Source: Candidatus Woesebacteria bacterium GW2011_GWF1_31_35
GTDB taxonomy: Bacteria; Patescibacteriota; Microgenomatia; UBA8517
Length of the DNA: 64,000 nucleotides
Direction: 5' to 3'
Assembly: GCA_001029755.1 (NCBI GenBank)
Contig: CP011214.1
Span: 493,767-557,766 of the forward strand
Part shown: positions 8,898-18,530 of the stretch, one piece after another
Layout of the letters: each line of letters starts with the position of its first letter
Position numbering within the stretch: position 1 is the stretch's first letter
Program-made: the position numbers and the translations under genes
Notes under the pieces: model-generated
What the model was told of the DNA's origin: nothing
Database searches by the model: none
The model's input: only the letters and a program-made list of their open reading frames with translations

Positions 8898-10805
8898 ATG
8901 CAGTTAATAATAGTTGAAAGTCCTACAAAAGCAAAAACGCTTTCAAGATTTCTTGGAAGTGAGTTTGAAGTGGATTCAACAAGGGGGCATATAAAAGATT
9001 TGCCAAAAAGTATATTAGGAGTTGATATCGAAAATGATTTTAAACCTGATTACGTTCCTGTTGAAAAGAAAAAAGAAGTAATTGCTTCTTTAAAGAAAAA
9101 GGCAAAACTTGCAAAAATTGTCTATATTGCAACTGATCCTGATAGAGAAGGAGAGGCAATTGCGGGTCATGTTGCAGAAATACTTTCAAAATCCAAGCTA
9201 GTAAGGATTACCTTTCATGAAATTACTAAAGAAGCAGTAAAAGAAGCAATCTCACGTCCTGGAAAAGTAAATGAAAATTTGGTAAATGCTCAAATCTCAA
9301 GAAGAGTACTTGATAGGTTAGTAGGTTATAAAATATCTCCACTTCTTTGGAAAAAAGTAAGAAGAGGTTTATCAGCAGGAAGGGTCCAATCAGTTGCCGT
9401 GAGGTTAATTGTTGAAAGAGAAAATGAAATAAAGGCATTTAAAACGGAAGAATATTGGGAAGTATTTGCTAAATTTAAAGATTTTACAGCTGGATTAATA
9501 AATGAAAAGATAACAAATAAAGTTAAAGCAGATGAAATACTTGCCAATTTAGAAAAGGCAGATTATAAAGTTTTCGATGTTAAGAAAAGAGAAGTTAAAA
9601 GTAATGCTTATGCTCCTTTTACAACCTCAACAATGACTCAAGCCGGAGCTAGAATTTTTGGTTGGTCTGCAAAAAGAACAATGAATGTAGCTCAAAGGTT
9701 ATATGAGGAAGGGTTAATTACATATCACAGAACTGATTCAATGAATCTTTCAATTGATGCAGTTAATAAAGCTAGAAATTTTATCTCAAAAGAATATGGA
9801 CAAAAATATTTACCTGAAAAGGCTTTAGTTTATAAAACCAAATCAAAATCAGCTCAAGAAGCTCATGAAGCTATAAGACCTACAAATATTGAACAAATTA
9901 ATGAAGCTGTTGGCTTAATTCCTGACGAGAAAAAACTATATGAGTTAATTTGGAAAAGATTTATAGCCTGTCAGATGAATCCTGCCATCTATTCTGAAAC
10001 AACAATTGATGTCGAAGCAAAACATAAAGAAGGGGTTCATATGTTAAGAGCATCGGGTCAAATTATGATTTTTGATGGTTGGAGAAAATTATTTATGGTT
10101 GATAAGGAGATAATCATCTTACCTAATTTAACGATTGGCGAATCTCTGGTAAAAGAAAAGGTTTGGAGTGAACAGAAATTTACTTTAGCCCCAGCTAGAT
10201 TTAACGAAGCTTCTTTAATTAAGATATTGGAAAAATTGGGTATCGGTAGACCTTCAACATACGCTCCAATTATTTCTACAATCCAAATAAGAAGTTATGT
10301 TGAGAAAAAGGAAGGGAAGTTTTTTCCAACAACAATTGGTTTTGCTGTAACAGAATTTTTAGTTAAAAATTTCCCAATAGAAATGGATTTTGGTTTTACT
10401 GCAGAAATGGAAGAAAATTTAGATAAAATTGCAGATGGAAAAATTAAATGGGTAGAACTTATGAAAAAGTTTTGGAAACCTTTTGAAAAGACATTAAAAA
10501 GTGTTGAAAAAAATGCAGAGAGAGTAAAAATAGAAACAGAAAAATTAGGGAAAGCCTGTCCCGATTGTAAAGACGGAGAATTAGTTATAAGAGTTGGAAG
10601 ATTTGGAAAGTTTATAAGTTGTTCTAAATTTCCAGATTGCAAACATACAGAGAAATTTTTAGATAAAATTGGTATGAAGTGTCCTGATTGCAAAGAAGGA
10701 GATGTAATTATTAAGAAATCTAAGAAGGGAAATTTCTTTGGATGCAGTAAGTATCCAGATTGTAAATTTGCCAGTTGGAAAAAACCTATTGAAGAAAAAA
10801 GTTAA
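8898..10805 (+). CDS. topA: DNA topoisomerase I
   Basis: TOPRIM N-terminus (IIVESPTKAKT), the topo IA core, and three C-terminal CxxC...CxxC zinc ribbons. Confidence 0.9.
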   Translation: MQLIIVESPTKAKTLSRFLGSEFEVDSTRGHIKDLPKSILGVDIENDFKPDYVPVEKKKEVIASLKKKAKLAKIVYIATDPDREGEAIAGHVAEILSKSKLVRITFHEITKEAVKEAISRPGKVNENLVNAQISRRVLDRLVGYKISPLLWKKVRRGLSAGRVQSVAVRLIVERENEIKAFKTEEYWEVFAKFKDFTAGLINEKITNKVKADEILANLEKADYKVFDVKKREVKSNAYAPFTTSTMTQAGARIFGWSAKRTMNVAQRLYEEGLITYHRTDSMNLSIDAVNKARNFISKEYGQKYLPEKALVYKTKSKSAQEAHEAIRPTNIEQINEAVGLIPDEKKLYELIWKRFIACQMNPAIYSETTIDVEAKHKEGVHMLRASGQIMIFDGWRKLFMVDKEIIILPNLTIGESLVKEKVWSEQKFTLAPARFNEASLIKILEKLGIGRPSTYAPIISTIQIRSYVEKKEGKFFPTTIGFAVTEFLVKNFPIEMDFGFTAEMEENLDKIADGKIKWVELMKKFWKPFEKTLKSVEKNAERVKIETEKLGKACPDCKDGELVIRVGRFGKFISCSKFPDCKHTEKFLDKIGMKCPDCKEGDVIIKKSKKGNFFGCSKYPDCKFASWKKPIEEKS

Positions 10806-10820
10806 TTATTTTAATGTAAC

Positions 10821-10849
10821 TTGACAAAAATAATGTAAATTGATAACAT
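10821..10849 (+). promoter_or_regulatory. Sigma70-like promoter (TTGACA-17 nt-TAACAT) abutting the antitoxin ATG; leaderless transcript predicted
   Basis: Perfect -35 hexamer at 10821-10826 and a 17-nt spacer; the -10-like hexamer ends 6 nt before the ATG at 10856. Confidence 0.35.
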
Positions 10850-10855
10850 TAATGC

Positions 10856-11101
10856 ATGTATACAGTTTCCATTACATCACAGGGACAAATTAGTATTCCT
10901 GCAAAATTGCGAGGTCTTTTTAATTTGAAATCTACGAATAAAGCCACAGTTATTTCTACAGAAGATGGGATTTTGATCAAACCCATTGTTGATTTTTTGG
11001 AATTGTCTGGAAGTTTAATTACTAACAAAAAGTCACTTTCAAATTCAATCATTCATGAATCATTTTCTAAAAGTATGGCAAATAGAAAAAAGAGGTCTTA
11101 A
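10856..11101 (+). CDS. AbrB/SpoVT/MazE-family antitoxin
   Basis: TSQGQISIPAKLR swapped-hairpin DNA-binding motif; directly precedes a PIN-domain gene. Confidence 0.65.
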   Translation: MYTVSITSQGQISIPAKLRGLFNLKSTNKATVISTEDGILIKPIVDFLELSGSLITNKKSLSNSIIHESFSKSMANRKKRS

Positions 11102-11500
11102 TTGAAAATGGTTGAAATTATTATTGATACAAATGCAATTCTTCGTTTTATCTTAAAAGATGTTAGTACACAACATATTGAAATATATGAATTAATTAAA
11201 AAAGCAAAAAATAAAAAGTTAAGAATTATTATTCCTGAAATAGTTGTTTTTGAGACGTATTTTACTTTAAAGAGTTATTATGAATATGAAAAAGAAACTT
11301 TATTAAAAGTTTTAGAGTCATTATTAAGTGCGAATTATCTTAAAATTGAAAATAAACAAATTTTTATGGAAGCTGTAAAAATATATAGAACCAGTAACCT
11401 TGAATTTGTTGATTGTTATTTAGTTTCAAATGCCAAAGCCTTAAATTTGAACATGTTTACTTTTGATAGTAATCTCAAGAAATATTTAATAAAAAAATAA
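11102..11500 (+). CDS. PIN-domain ribonuclease toxin (VapC-like)
   Basis: IIDTNAILRF N-terminal acidic motif, FETYF and FVDCYLV acidic residues; 1-nt gap after the antitoxin. Confidence 0.65.
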   Translation: MKMVEIIIDTNAILRFILKDVSTQHIEIYELIKKAKNKKLRIIIPEIVVFETYFTLKSYYEYEKETLLKVLESLLSANYLKIENKQIFMEAVKIYRTSNLEFVDCYLVSNAKALNLNMFTFDSNLKKYLIKK

Positions 11501-11506
11501 ATTAAT

Positions 11507-12049
11507 TTATTTTTTGTATTCTACAATTTCAGTTGATATAAATTCAAGTTTAATTCCACTCTTTCTAAACATTTTTTCTGATTCAGCTCCTGCATGATAT
11601 TTTTTTTCAGCTACAACTCTTTTAATTCCCGAATTGATAAGAAGCATTGCACAAACTCTGCATGGAGTCATGTTTACATATACTGTTGCGCCATCTAGGG
11701 AAACTCCTCTTTTTGCGGCTTGGCAAATTGCATTTTGTTCTGCATGAACAGTTCTAACACAATGATCAGTAATGGTTCCATCTTCGTGAATTGTTTTTTT
11801 CATTTGATGTCCCACTTCATCACAGTGTGGAAGACCGATAGGAGAACCAACGTAACCAGTTACTAAAATTTGTTTATCCTTTACAAAAACTGCTGACGCT
11901 CTGCCTCTATCACAAGTTGCTCTTTTGGAGACAGATTTCATTATTTCCAAAAAGTATTCATCCCAACTAGGACGAATATAATCAGATGATTTTTTCAATT
12001 GTTTTTTCAACTTCTTCATATAATTTTTTGATTGTACCATTATTATCAA
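11507..12049 (-). CDS. Deoxycytidylate (dCMP) deaminase
   Basis: SWDEYF N-terminal motif, HAEQNAI and PCRVCA zinc-binding motifs; the start is probably the internal Met near 12019, because the ORF overlaps the upstream kinase. Confidence 0.85.
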   Translation of the reverse strand: MIIMVQSKNYMKKLKKQLKKSSDYIRPSWDEYFLEIMKSVSKRATCDRGRASAVFVKDKQILVTGYVGSPIGLPHCDEVGHQMKKTIHEDGTITDHCVRTVHAEQNAICQAAKRGVSLDGATVYVNMTPCRVCAMLLINSGIKRVVAEKKYHAGAESEKMFRKSGIKLEFISTEIVEYKK

Positions 12050-12554
12050 ATTTAAAGTCGGCCATCAATATGCATTTTGATAAGTTTTGCTTTGTAGGAT
12101 CATTAGATTGCATTTCTCTTTCTTCATCCTTTTTAAATTTTTCAAAAGTTACTTTATCTGATTCGCTGGCCCTTTCAGTTATTCGTTTGTACCTTTTTTT
12201 CTGATCAGCATCAACAGCAAAAAGAACAAAATTTCCTTTATTCCTTAAGCCTAATATTTCATCAGGGGTTCTTAAACTTTCAATAATGGAATTTTTCCCT
12301 ACCTTTTTTGCATCTTTATAAAGTTCTAATGCTAAATAATTTGATCCAAATTTTTTTCTTAAATCATTAGCAACAATTACCATATTGTCACGATTAACTT
12401 CTAAATTTCTTTTTTTAATTTCTTCAATTAAATAATTCCTTACAGAATAATGTTTGAAGCTCCTTTTATTAACAAGATAATCAACAACAGTTCCCTTACC
12501 AGCTCCTAAGGTTCCTGTAATGCCAATAATTATCATTAATGGAAAAGTATACAC
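11982..12554 (-). CDS. P-loop nucleoside/nucleotide kinase (adenylate/cytidylate/dNMP kinase-like)
   Basis: IIGITGTLGAGKGTV Walker A motif and about 190 aa; the neighbourhood (dCMP deaminase, MazG, thyA) suggests a role in dNMP metabolism. Confidence 0.5.
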   Translation of the reverse strand: MYTFPLMIIIGITGTLGAGKGTVVDYLVNKRSFKHYSVRNYLIEEIKKRNLEVNRDNMVIVANDLRKKFGSNYLALELYKDAKKVGKNSIIESLRTPDEILGLRNKGNFVLFAVDADQKKRYKRITERASESDKVTFEKFKKDEEREMQSNDPTKQNLSKCILMADFKFDNNGTIKKLYEEVEKTIEKII

Positions 12555-12576
12555 AAAAAATGTATAGTAAACACTA

Positions 12577-12915
12577 ATGAAATTTAATAATTTTGATAAG
12601 TACCAAAATTCTTGTAAAAAGACTGCAGTTTATCCTAATATTGGTAAAAATTTTATATATCCAACAATTGGTTTGATGGGTGAAGCAGGGGAGGTTGCTA
12701 ATAAAATTAAAAAAATAATAAGAGATGATAATTCAATAATTACCAAAGAAAAAAAAGAAGAGCTAGTTTATGAGTTGGGGGACATGATGTGGTATATTGC
12801 CCAGCTTTCAACAGAACTTAATTTAAAACTTTCAGATGTTGCAAAGAAGAATTTAGAAAAGCTTGCATTAAGAAAAAAAAGAAACACACTTCAAGGAAGT
12901 GGCGATCATAGATAA
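12577..12915 (+). CDS. MazG-like all-alpha nucleoside triphosphate pyrophosphohydrolase
   Basis: MGEAGEVAN and EELGDMMWYIAQL motifs of MazG/NTP-PPase. Confidence 0.75.
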   Translation: MKFNNFDKYQNSCKKTAVYPNIGKNFIYPTIGLMGEAGEVANKIKKIIRDDNSIITKEKKEELVYELGDMMWYIAQLSTELNLKLSDVAKKNLEKLALRKKRNTLQGSGDHR

Positions 12916-12924
12916 TAATATTTG

Positions 12925-13410
12925 TTACTTTATCTTTGTTAACACTTTAAATTCAAACGGAGGATTATTGTCTAAATGTTTTTCATTAAATGTTTCTTTC
13001 CAACTTGATAAATTTAATTTGGGAAATTTTACATCACCTTCAAATGATTTATAAATTTTTGTTAGGTAGATTCTTGTTGCTTTAGGTAACATCAATTTAT
13101 AAATTGTCCCTCCGCCAATTACTATTAATTCTTTTTCATTTCTTTTCTTTGCAAAACTTAAAGCGTCGTTTAGGTTATTAAATACAAAACATCCTTTTGC
13201 TTTAAATTTTTTATCATCAGAAAGAATTATATTTATCCTTTCAGGTAATGGTTTTCCTATTGATTCATATGTCTTTTGGCCCATTAAAATATGATGTCCT
13301 AGCGTTATTTTTTTAAAATTTTTCAAATCCTGAGGAATACGCCAAAGAAGTTTTCCTTTACCTCCTATTACATTATTTTTAGCGACTGCAACTATTATTG
13401 ATATTTTCAT
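12925..13410 (-). CDS. folA: Dihydrofolate reductase
   Basis: ISIIVAVAKNNVIGGKGKLLW and LMGQKTYESIG DHFR motifs. Confidence 0.9.
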   Translation of the reverse strand: MKISIIVAVAKNNVIGGKGKLLWRIPQDLKNFKKITLGHHILMGQKTYESIGKPLPERINIILSDDKKFKAKGCFVFNNLNDALSFAKKRNEKELIVIGGGTIYKLMLPKATRIYLTKIYKSFEGDVKFPKLNLSSWKETFNEKHLDNNPPFEFKVLTKIK

Positions 13411-13422
13411 TTTAAGTTTTAC

Positions 13423-14364
13423 TCATACAGATATTTCAGCTTTAATTGAAGGATGTGGTTTGTAGCCTTCAATTGTTATTGCATCAGAACTAATATGATT
13501 AATATCTTTAATTGTACTTTTTAGTATTAATTTAGGAAGTTTTTTAGGCTTTCTTTTAATTTGTTCTTTAGCTTGTTTTAAATGATTTAAATAAAGATGT
13601 GTATCTGCTAAAAACATTGTTACCTCACCAGCTACTTTATCTGTAATATTAGCAATTATTTCAGTTAGTAGCGCGTATGAAGCAATGTTAAATGGAAGTC
13701 CTAAAAATGAATCAACAGATCTTTGATACATTACTAAATTTAATTTTTGTCCTACAACTTGAAATTGAAATAATACATGACATGGTGGAAGTGCAACATT
13801 TTCAATGTTAGCTGCATTCCATGCATTTACAATTATTCTTCTTGAGTCGGGATTTTTTTTGATCAAAGTAATTGCATTTTTTAGTTGATCTATTTCTTTT
13901 CCTTTTCCATCTTTCCAATGTCTCCATTGATATCCATAAACCGGTCCAAGATCTCCCCATTTTTGAGAAAATTTCTCATCTATTTTAATTTTTTCTATAA
14001 AATTATTTAATTTAGTTTTCCATATTTCGGAGTATTTAGGGTATTTTTTTGTTAATTTATTTTTTTCTAAATATTTTTGAAAAGGCCATTCATTCCAAAT
14101 ATTTACACCCTTAGTAACTAAAGGTCTTAGATTTCTTTCACCTTTAATAAACCAAAGAAGTTCTTCTTTAACACCTCTAAACCAAACTTCTTTTGTAGTT
14201 AAAAGTGGAAAACCGGCAGATAGATCAAACTTTAACATTCTGCCAAAAACTTTTTTAGTTCCCGTTCCTGTTCTATCTTTACTTACTGTACCGTTTTTTA
14301 AAATGTCTTTAAGAAGCAATTGATATTGAATATCTACATGATTATTAACTTTAGTAGTTGACAT
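13423..14364 (-). CDS. thyA: Thymidylate synthase
   Basis: PPCHVLFQFQV active-site Cys and a LGLPFNIASYALL block. Confidence 0.9.
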   Translation of the reverse strand: MSTTKVNNHVDIQYQLLLKDILKNGTVSKDRTGTGTKKVFGRMLKFDLSAGFPLLTTKEVWFRGVKEELLWFIKGERNLRPLVTKGVNIWNEWPFQKYLEKNKLTKKYPKYSEIWKTKLNNFIEKIKIDEKFSQKWGDLGPVYGYQWRHWKDGKGKEIDQLKNAITLIKKNPDSRRIIVNAWNAANIENVALPPCHVLFQFQVVGQKLNLVMYQRSVDSFLGLPFNIASYALLTEIIANITDKVAGEVTMFLADTHLYLNHLKQAKEQIKRKPKKLPKLILKSTIKDINHISSDAITIEGYKPHPSIKAEISV

Positions 14365-14394
14365 TTATATGCATAGTAAAATATAAAGTGTTAT

Positions 14395-15006
14395 ATGAAA
14401 AGAGGTAAATTATTAGTTGTTGAGGGTGGGGTAGGTTGTGGAAAAACAACACAAATTGAACTTCTTAAAAAAGACTTAAAAGGTTGGGAATTTTATAGAG
14501 AACCAGGAAGTACTGAATATGGAGAAAAAGTTCGTGACGCAGTTCAGGGATTACATGATTATGAAGTAGAAGAATATGCTGCAATGTTTGGTTATATGGC
14601 AGCAAGGGCCAATTTAATAAGAGGTTTGGTTATTCCTAAATTAAAAAAAGGTAAAAATATTGTTCTTGATAGGTATTGGTATTCAACTTATGCATATCAA
14701 GGTTCCAATGGCGCATCTAAAAAAACAATAGAAACTGTTGCTAAAATAGCAACAGATAATTTAAAACCTAATTTAGTAATTTTTTATGATCTGGATCCTA
14801 AAATTGGAATGAAAAGAAAATCAGGTAGGAATGACTCTGACAGGTATGATATTAAAAAAATTGAATTTCATGAAAAGGTAAGAAGAAGTTATAAAAGTTT
14901 AGGAAAAAAGATTGGCGAAATATGGAAAAATATTGATGCCTCTAAATCAATTGATGAAGTTCACATTACTACTCAAAAACTTCTAAAAAGATATAAAATA
15001 GTCTAA
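14395..15006 (+). CDS. tmk: Thymidylate kinase
   Basis: VVEGGVGCGKTTQ P-loop and the DRY-like block. Confidence 0.85.
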   Translation: MKRGKLLVVEGGVGCGKTTQIELLKKDLKGWEFYREPGSTEYGEKVRDAVQGLHDYEVEEYAAMFGYMAARANLIRGLVIPKLKKGKNIVLDRYWYSTYAYQGSNGASKKTIETVAKIATDNLKPNLVIFYDLDPKIGMKRKSGRNDSDRYDIKKIEFHEKVRRSYKSLGKKIGEIWKNIDASKSIDEVHITTQKLLKRYKIV

Positions 15007-16305
15007 ATGGATAAAGTTAATATACTAATTAAAAAAGAAGAAAAAAGACAACAAGAAACTTTAATGATGATTCCTTCGGAAAATTATGCTTCAAAAGAAG
15101 TTAGAAATGCTGTTGGGAGTATATTAATGAATAAATATTCTGAAGGCTATGCTGGTAAAAGATATTACCAAGGAAATAGGATTATTGATGAAATTGAAAA
15201 CTTAGCAATTGAAAAAGCAAAAAAACTTTTTAAAGTAGCTCATGTAAATTGCCAATCATATTCAGGATCCCCTGCAAATTCTGCAGTTTTATTTGCCCTA
15301 CTTAATGAAGGAGATAAAATAATGGGTTTAAAACTTTCTTCAGGAGGACATTTAACGCATGGACACCCCAATATAACATTTTCTGGAAAATTTTTTAAAT
15401 CTGTTCAATTTGGTACAAAAGATGATGGAGTTATTGATTATGAAGTAGTAGAAAAATTAGCTAAAAAAGAAAAACCAAACTTAATGATTATTGGAACAAC
15501 TGCATATCCTTTAATTTTAGATTGGAAAAAATTAGGGGAAATTGCCGATTCAATAGGGGCATGGTTAGTTGCAGATATTTCCCATGTTTCAGGCCTTGTT
15601 TTGGCCGGAGTTTATACAAGTCCTGTACCTTTTGCACATATTGTGACTACAACAACTCACAAAACACTAAGAGGTCCTAGGGGAGCAATGATTATGGTTA
15701 CTTCTAAAGGACTCAAAAAAGATTCTGAAATTGCAAGTAAAATTGATAGGGCAGTTTTTCCTGGACTTCAGGGAGGACCTCACAATAATACAACTGCAGG
15801 AATTGCCCAGTGTTTAATTGAAGCAGAATCAAAAGAATTTAAAGAATATGGTAAACAAATAGTTAAAAATGCCATTAGTTTAGCCAATGAATTGACTAAG
15901 GGAGGATTAACTGTTGTTACTGGAAAGACCCAGTGTCATTTAATTGTTATTGACCTAAGACCTCTTGGTTTATCAGGAAATGTTGTAGCAGAAGCCTTAG
16001 AAGTTGGTGGAATAGTAGTTAATAGAAATTCGGTTCCTAATGATATAGCTCCACCTTTTTATCCATCAGGAATAAGACTTGGAACACCTGCAATAACAAC
16101 AAGAGGAATGAAAGAAAAGGAAATGAAATTAATTTCTAGTTGGATAATTAGTGTTATTAATCATTTTAAAGATGAAAAACTTCCGGATGAAAAGAATGAA
16201 AGAATTCTTTTCATGAAAAATTTTAGAGCAAAGATTTTAAAAGATAAATTATTGATAAGTATTTCCAAAGAAGTTAAAAGTCTTTGTAAAAAATTCCCAA
16301 TATAA
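15007..16305 (+). CDS. glyA: Serine hydroxymethyltransferase
   Basis: SENYASKEV and TTTTHKTLRGPRGA PLP-lysine motif. Confidence 0.9.
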   Translation: MDKVNILIKKEEKRQQETLMMIPSENYASKEVRNAVGSILMNKYSEGYAGKRYYQGNRIIDEIENLAIEKAKKLFKVAHVNCQSYSGSPANSAVLFALLNEGDKIMGLKLSSGGHLTHGHPNITFSGKFFKSVQFGTKDDGVIDYEVVEKLAKKEKPNLMIIGTTAYPLILDWKKLGEIADSIGAWLVADISHVSGLVLAGVYTSPVPFAHIVTTTTHKTLRGPRGAMIMVTSKGLKKDSEIASKIDRAVFPGLQGGPHNNTTAGIAQCLIEAESKEFKEYGKQIVKNAISLANELTKGGLTVVTGKTQCHLIVIDLRPLGLSGNVVAEALEVGGIVVNRNSVPNDIAPPFYPSGIRLGTPAITTRGMKEKEMKLISSWIISVINHFKDEKLPDEKNERILFMKNFRAKILKDKLLISISKEVKSLCKKFPI

Positions 16306-16314
16306 ATATTTACT

Positions 16315-17118
16315 ATGGCAATTATTTTCGATGGAAAAAGTTATGCTTTAAAAAAAGCAGAGGTTTTAAAAAAAGAAGTACTGGATCTTAATGCTAATGG
16401 TATTTTTCCACATTTAGCCTCAATAATAGTTGGAAACAATCCTGCTAGTAAACTTTATGTTGGTTTGAAAAAAAAAGCGGGAGAGAAAATTGGAATTCAA
16501 GTTGATGTTTATTATTTGTCAGAAAATACTAAAAAAGAAGATTTATTGATTCTTATTAAAACATTAAATGAAGATAGATGTTTTAGTGGAATAATGATTC
16601 AGCTTCCTCTCCCAGAAAATTTAAAACTTTTTAAAGAGGAAATATTAAATACAATAAATCCCAAAAAGGATGTTGATGGATTAAGAAGCGATAGTCAATT
16701 TTTACATCCTACTTCAAAGGCTGTTATTAAAATTATTGATGAAGCAAAAGAAAAAACAAAAAAACAATTTAAAGATGTATGTGTAGTAGGGGCAACTGGC
16801 ATGGTAGGAGAGTCTTTAGTTAAAAAATTTAAAGAAGAAAATTATGAGGTAATTGAATGTGGGAAAAATACAAAGGATTTAAAATCAAAAACATTAATGT
16901 GTGATATTTTAGTTTCAGCAACAGGAGAAGAAGGTTTAATAAATGAGGATATGGTTAAAGATGATGCTATTATTGTCGATGTAGGATCCCCAAAAGGAGA
17001 TGTTGATTTTAGTAAAGTTTTAAAAAAAGCATCATTTATTACCCCTGTTCCTGGAGGAGTAGGTCCAGTTACTATTTACTGTTTACTTGAAAATCTGATA
17101 ATTGCATGTAAGATTTAG
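16315..17118 (+). CDS. folD: Bifunctional methylene-THF dehydrogenase / methenyl-THF cyclohydrolase
   Basis: ASKLYVGLKKKA and PVPGGVGPVT motifs. Confidence 0.85.
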   Translation: MAIIFDGKSYALKKAEVLKKEVLDLNANGIFPHLASIIVGNNPASKLYVGLKKKAGEKIGIQVDVYYLSENTKKEDLLILIKTLNEDRCFSGIMIQLPLPENLKLFKEEILNTINPKKDVDGLRSDSQFLHPTSKAVIKIIDEAKEKTKKQFKDVCVVGATGMVGESLVKKFKEENYEVIECGKNTKDLKSKTLMCDILVSATGEEGLINEDMVKDDAIIVDVGSPKGDVDFSKVLKKASFITPVPGGVGPVTIYCLLENLIIACKI

Positions 17119-17153
17119 TTATAGCTAAGTTAGGCATAATTTTTATTAAAATT

Positions 17154-17666
17154 ATGAATTATGTAAATAAACAAACTATAAATAAGTTTCAAAAAGAATT
17201 AGGAAGTAAAAATCCAACTCCAGGCAGTGGAGTAGTCTCAGCCCTAACGGCCTCATTTGCAGCATCTTTAGTTGAAATGGTATGTAACTTGACAATTGAT
17301 AAAGTTGGTTATGAAAAAGTTCAAAAAGACATTATTAAATATAGAAAAGATGTTGTTGAAACGAAAAATAAACTTTCGAAACTCGCAGAAGAGGATAAAA
17401 GAGCATGTGACAAAGTTGTTTTGGCTTATAAGATTAAAAATAAAGAAAAAATTAGAAAAGCTCTAAATTATGCAATTAATGTTTCAATGAAAGTAAGAGA
17501 AATAACTAAAGAATTAGAAATACTGGCAGTAAAGGTGGGTAAGATTGGAAATAAAAATGCATTATCTGACGCAAAGATCGCAGTTCATTTTGCTCATGCT
17601 TCAGGTAAATCAGCTTTAGAAAATATTAAGACGAACAAAGAATCTTTAAAAAAGATGGATAAGTAG
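17154..17666 (+). CDS. Cyclodeaminase/cyclohydrolase family protein (FTCD C-terminal domain-like)
   Basis: NPTPGSGVVSALTASFAASLVEMVCNLT signature helix of the formiminotransferase-cyclodeaminase C-domain family. Confidence 0.7.
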   Translation: MNYVNKQTINKFQKELGSKNPTPGSGVVSALTASFAASLVEMVCNLTIDKVGYEKVQKDIIKYRKDVVETKNKLSKLAEEDKRACDKVVLAYKIKNKEKIRKALNYAINVSMKVREITKELEILAVKVGKIGNKNALSDAKIAVHFAHASGKSALENIKTNKESLKKMDK

Positions 17667-17778
17667 ATAGCTCTTGCTAATTTGTAATTCTTAAATTAAA
17701 ATATCACTTAAGCATACAGATTCAAGTTTCCTGGACCTTCCGAATCTGTAGAAGTACAAGGAAACAAATAAAATTAAT

Positions 17779-18528
17779 ATGGCAGTTAAAGTTTCATTAG
17801 AAGAATTATTAGAATCAGGTGCACATTTTGGGCATCAGGTTAGACGTTGGAATCCAAAAATAAAGGAATTTGTATTTGGTGAACAAGAAGGTGTTCATGT
17901 TTTTGATCTTGTAAAAACCAAAGAAAGTTTGGAAGCAGCACTTGATGTAATTACTAAAGCTTCAAAAGAGGGAAAAACAATTTTACTTTTAGCCACTAAA
18001 AAACAAGCTAAAGATAAAGCATTAGAAGTTGCAAAAGAAACTGGAATTTCATTAGTATCTGAAAGGTGGTTAGGAGGAACCATAACTAATTTTAATCAAA
18101 TCAAAAAATCACTTGATAAATTAGCTGATATGAAGGTTAAATTTTCAACTGGTTATTATGCAAAATATACCAAAAAAGAAAGACTTTTGATTGAAAGAGA
18201 GATAACAAGATTGGAGAGGTTTTTTGGTGGTATTACTAATTTAAGGGATAAACCAGATATTATGATTGTTGTTGATATTAGAAAAGAAATAACTGCAATC
18301 AGGGAAGCTAATAGAAAGGGTATAACTACAATAGGAATCGTTGACACCAATTCTGATCCTAATATGGTCGATTACCCAATTCCAATGAATGACGATGCTA
18401 CAAAAGCTTTGGCCTTAGTTTTAGAATATATTAAGGAAGCAATACTTGAAGGAAAGGGTATAACCAATAAAGTTAATGTTATAAAAGAAACTCCAAAAAA
18501 AGTTAAAAAACCAGAAGCTAAAAAATAA
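17779..18528 (+). CDS. rpsB: 30S ribosomal protein S2
   Basis: GAHFGHQVRRWNPK motif. Confidence 0.9.
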   Translation: MAVKVSLEELLESGAHFGHQVRRWNPKIKEFVFGEQEGVHVFDLVKTKESLEAALDVITKASKEGKTILLLATKKQAKDKALEVAKETGISLVSERWLGGTITNFNQIKKSLDKLADMKVKFSTGYYAKYTKKERLLIEREITRLERFFGGITNLRDKPDIMIVVDIRKEITAIREANRKGITTIGIVDTNSDPNMVDYPIPMNDDATKALALVLEYIKEAILEGKGITNKVNVIKETPKKVKKPEAKK

Positions 18529-18530
18529 AA

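Noticed and set aside
10849-11052. 67-aa minus-strand ORF overlapping the AbrB antitoxin gene
   Set aside because: The plus-strand frame has the diagnostic AbrB motif and is coupled to the PIN gene. The minus frame is featureless.
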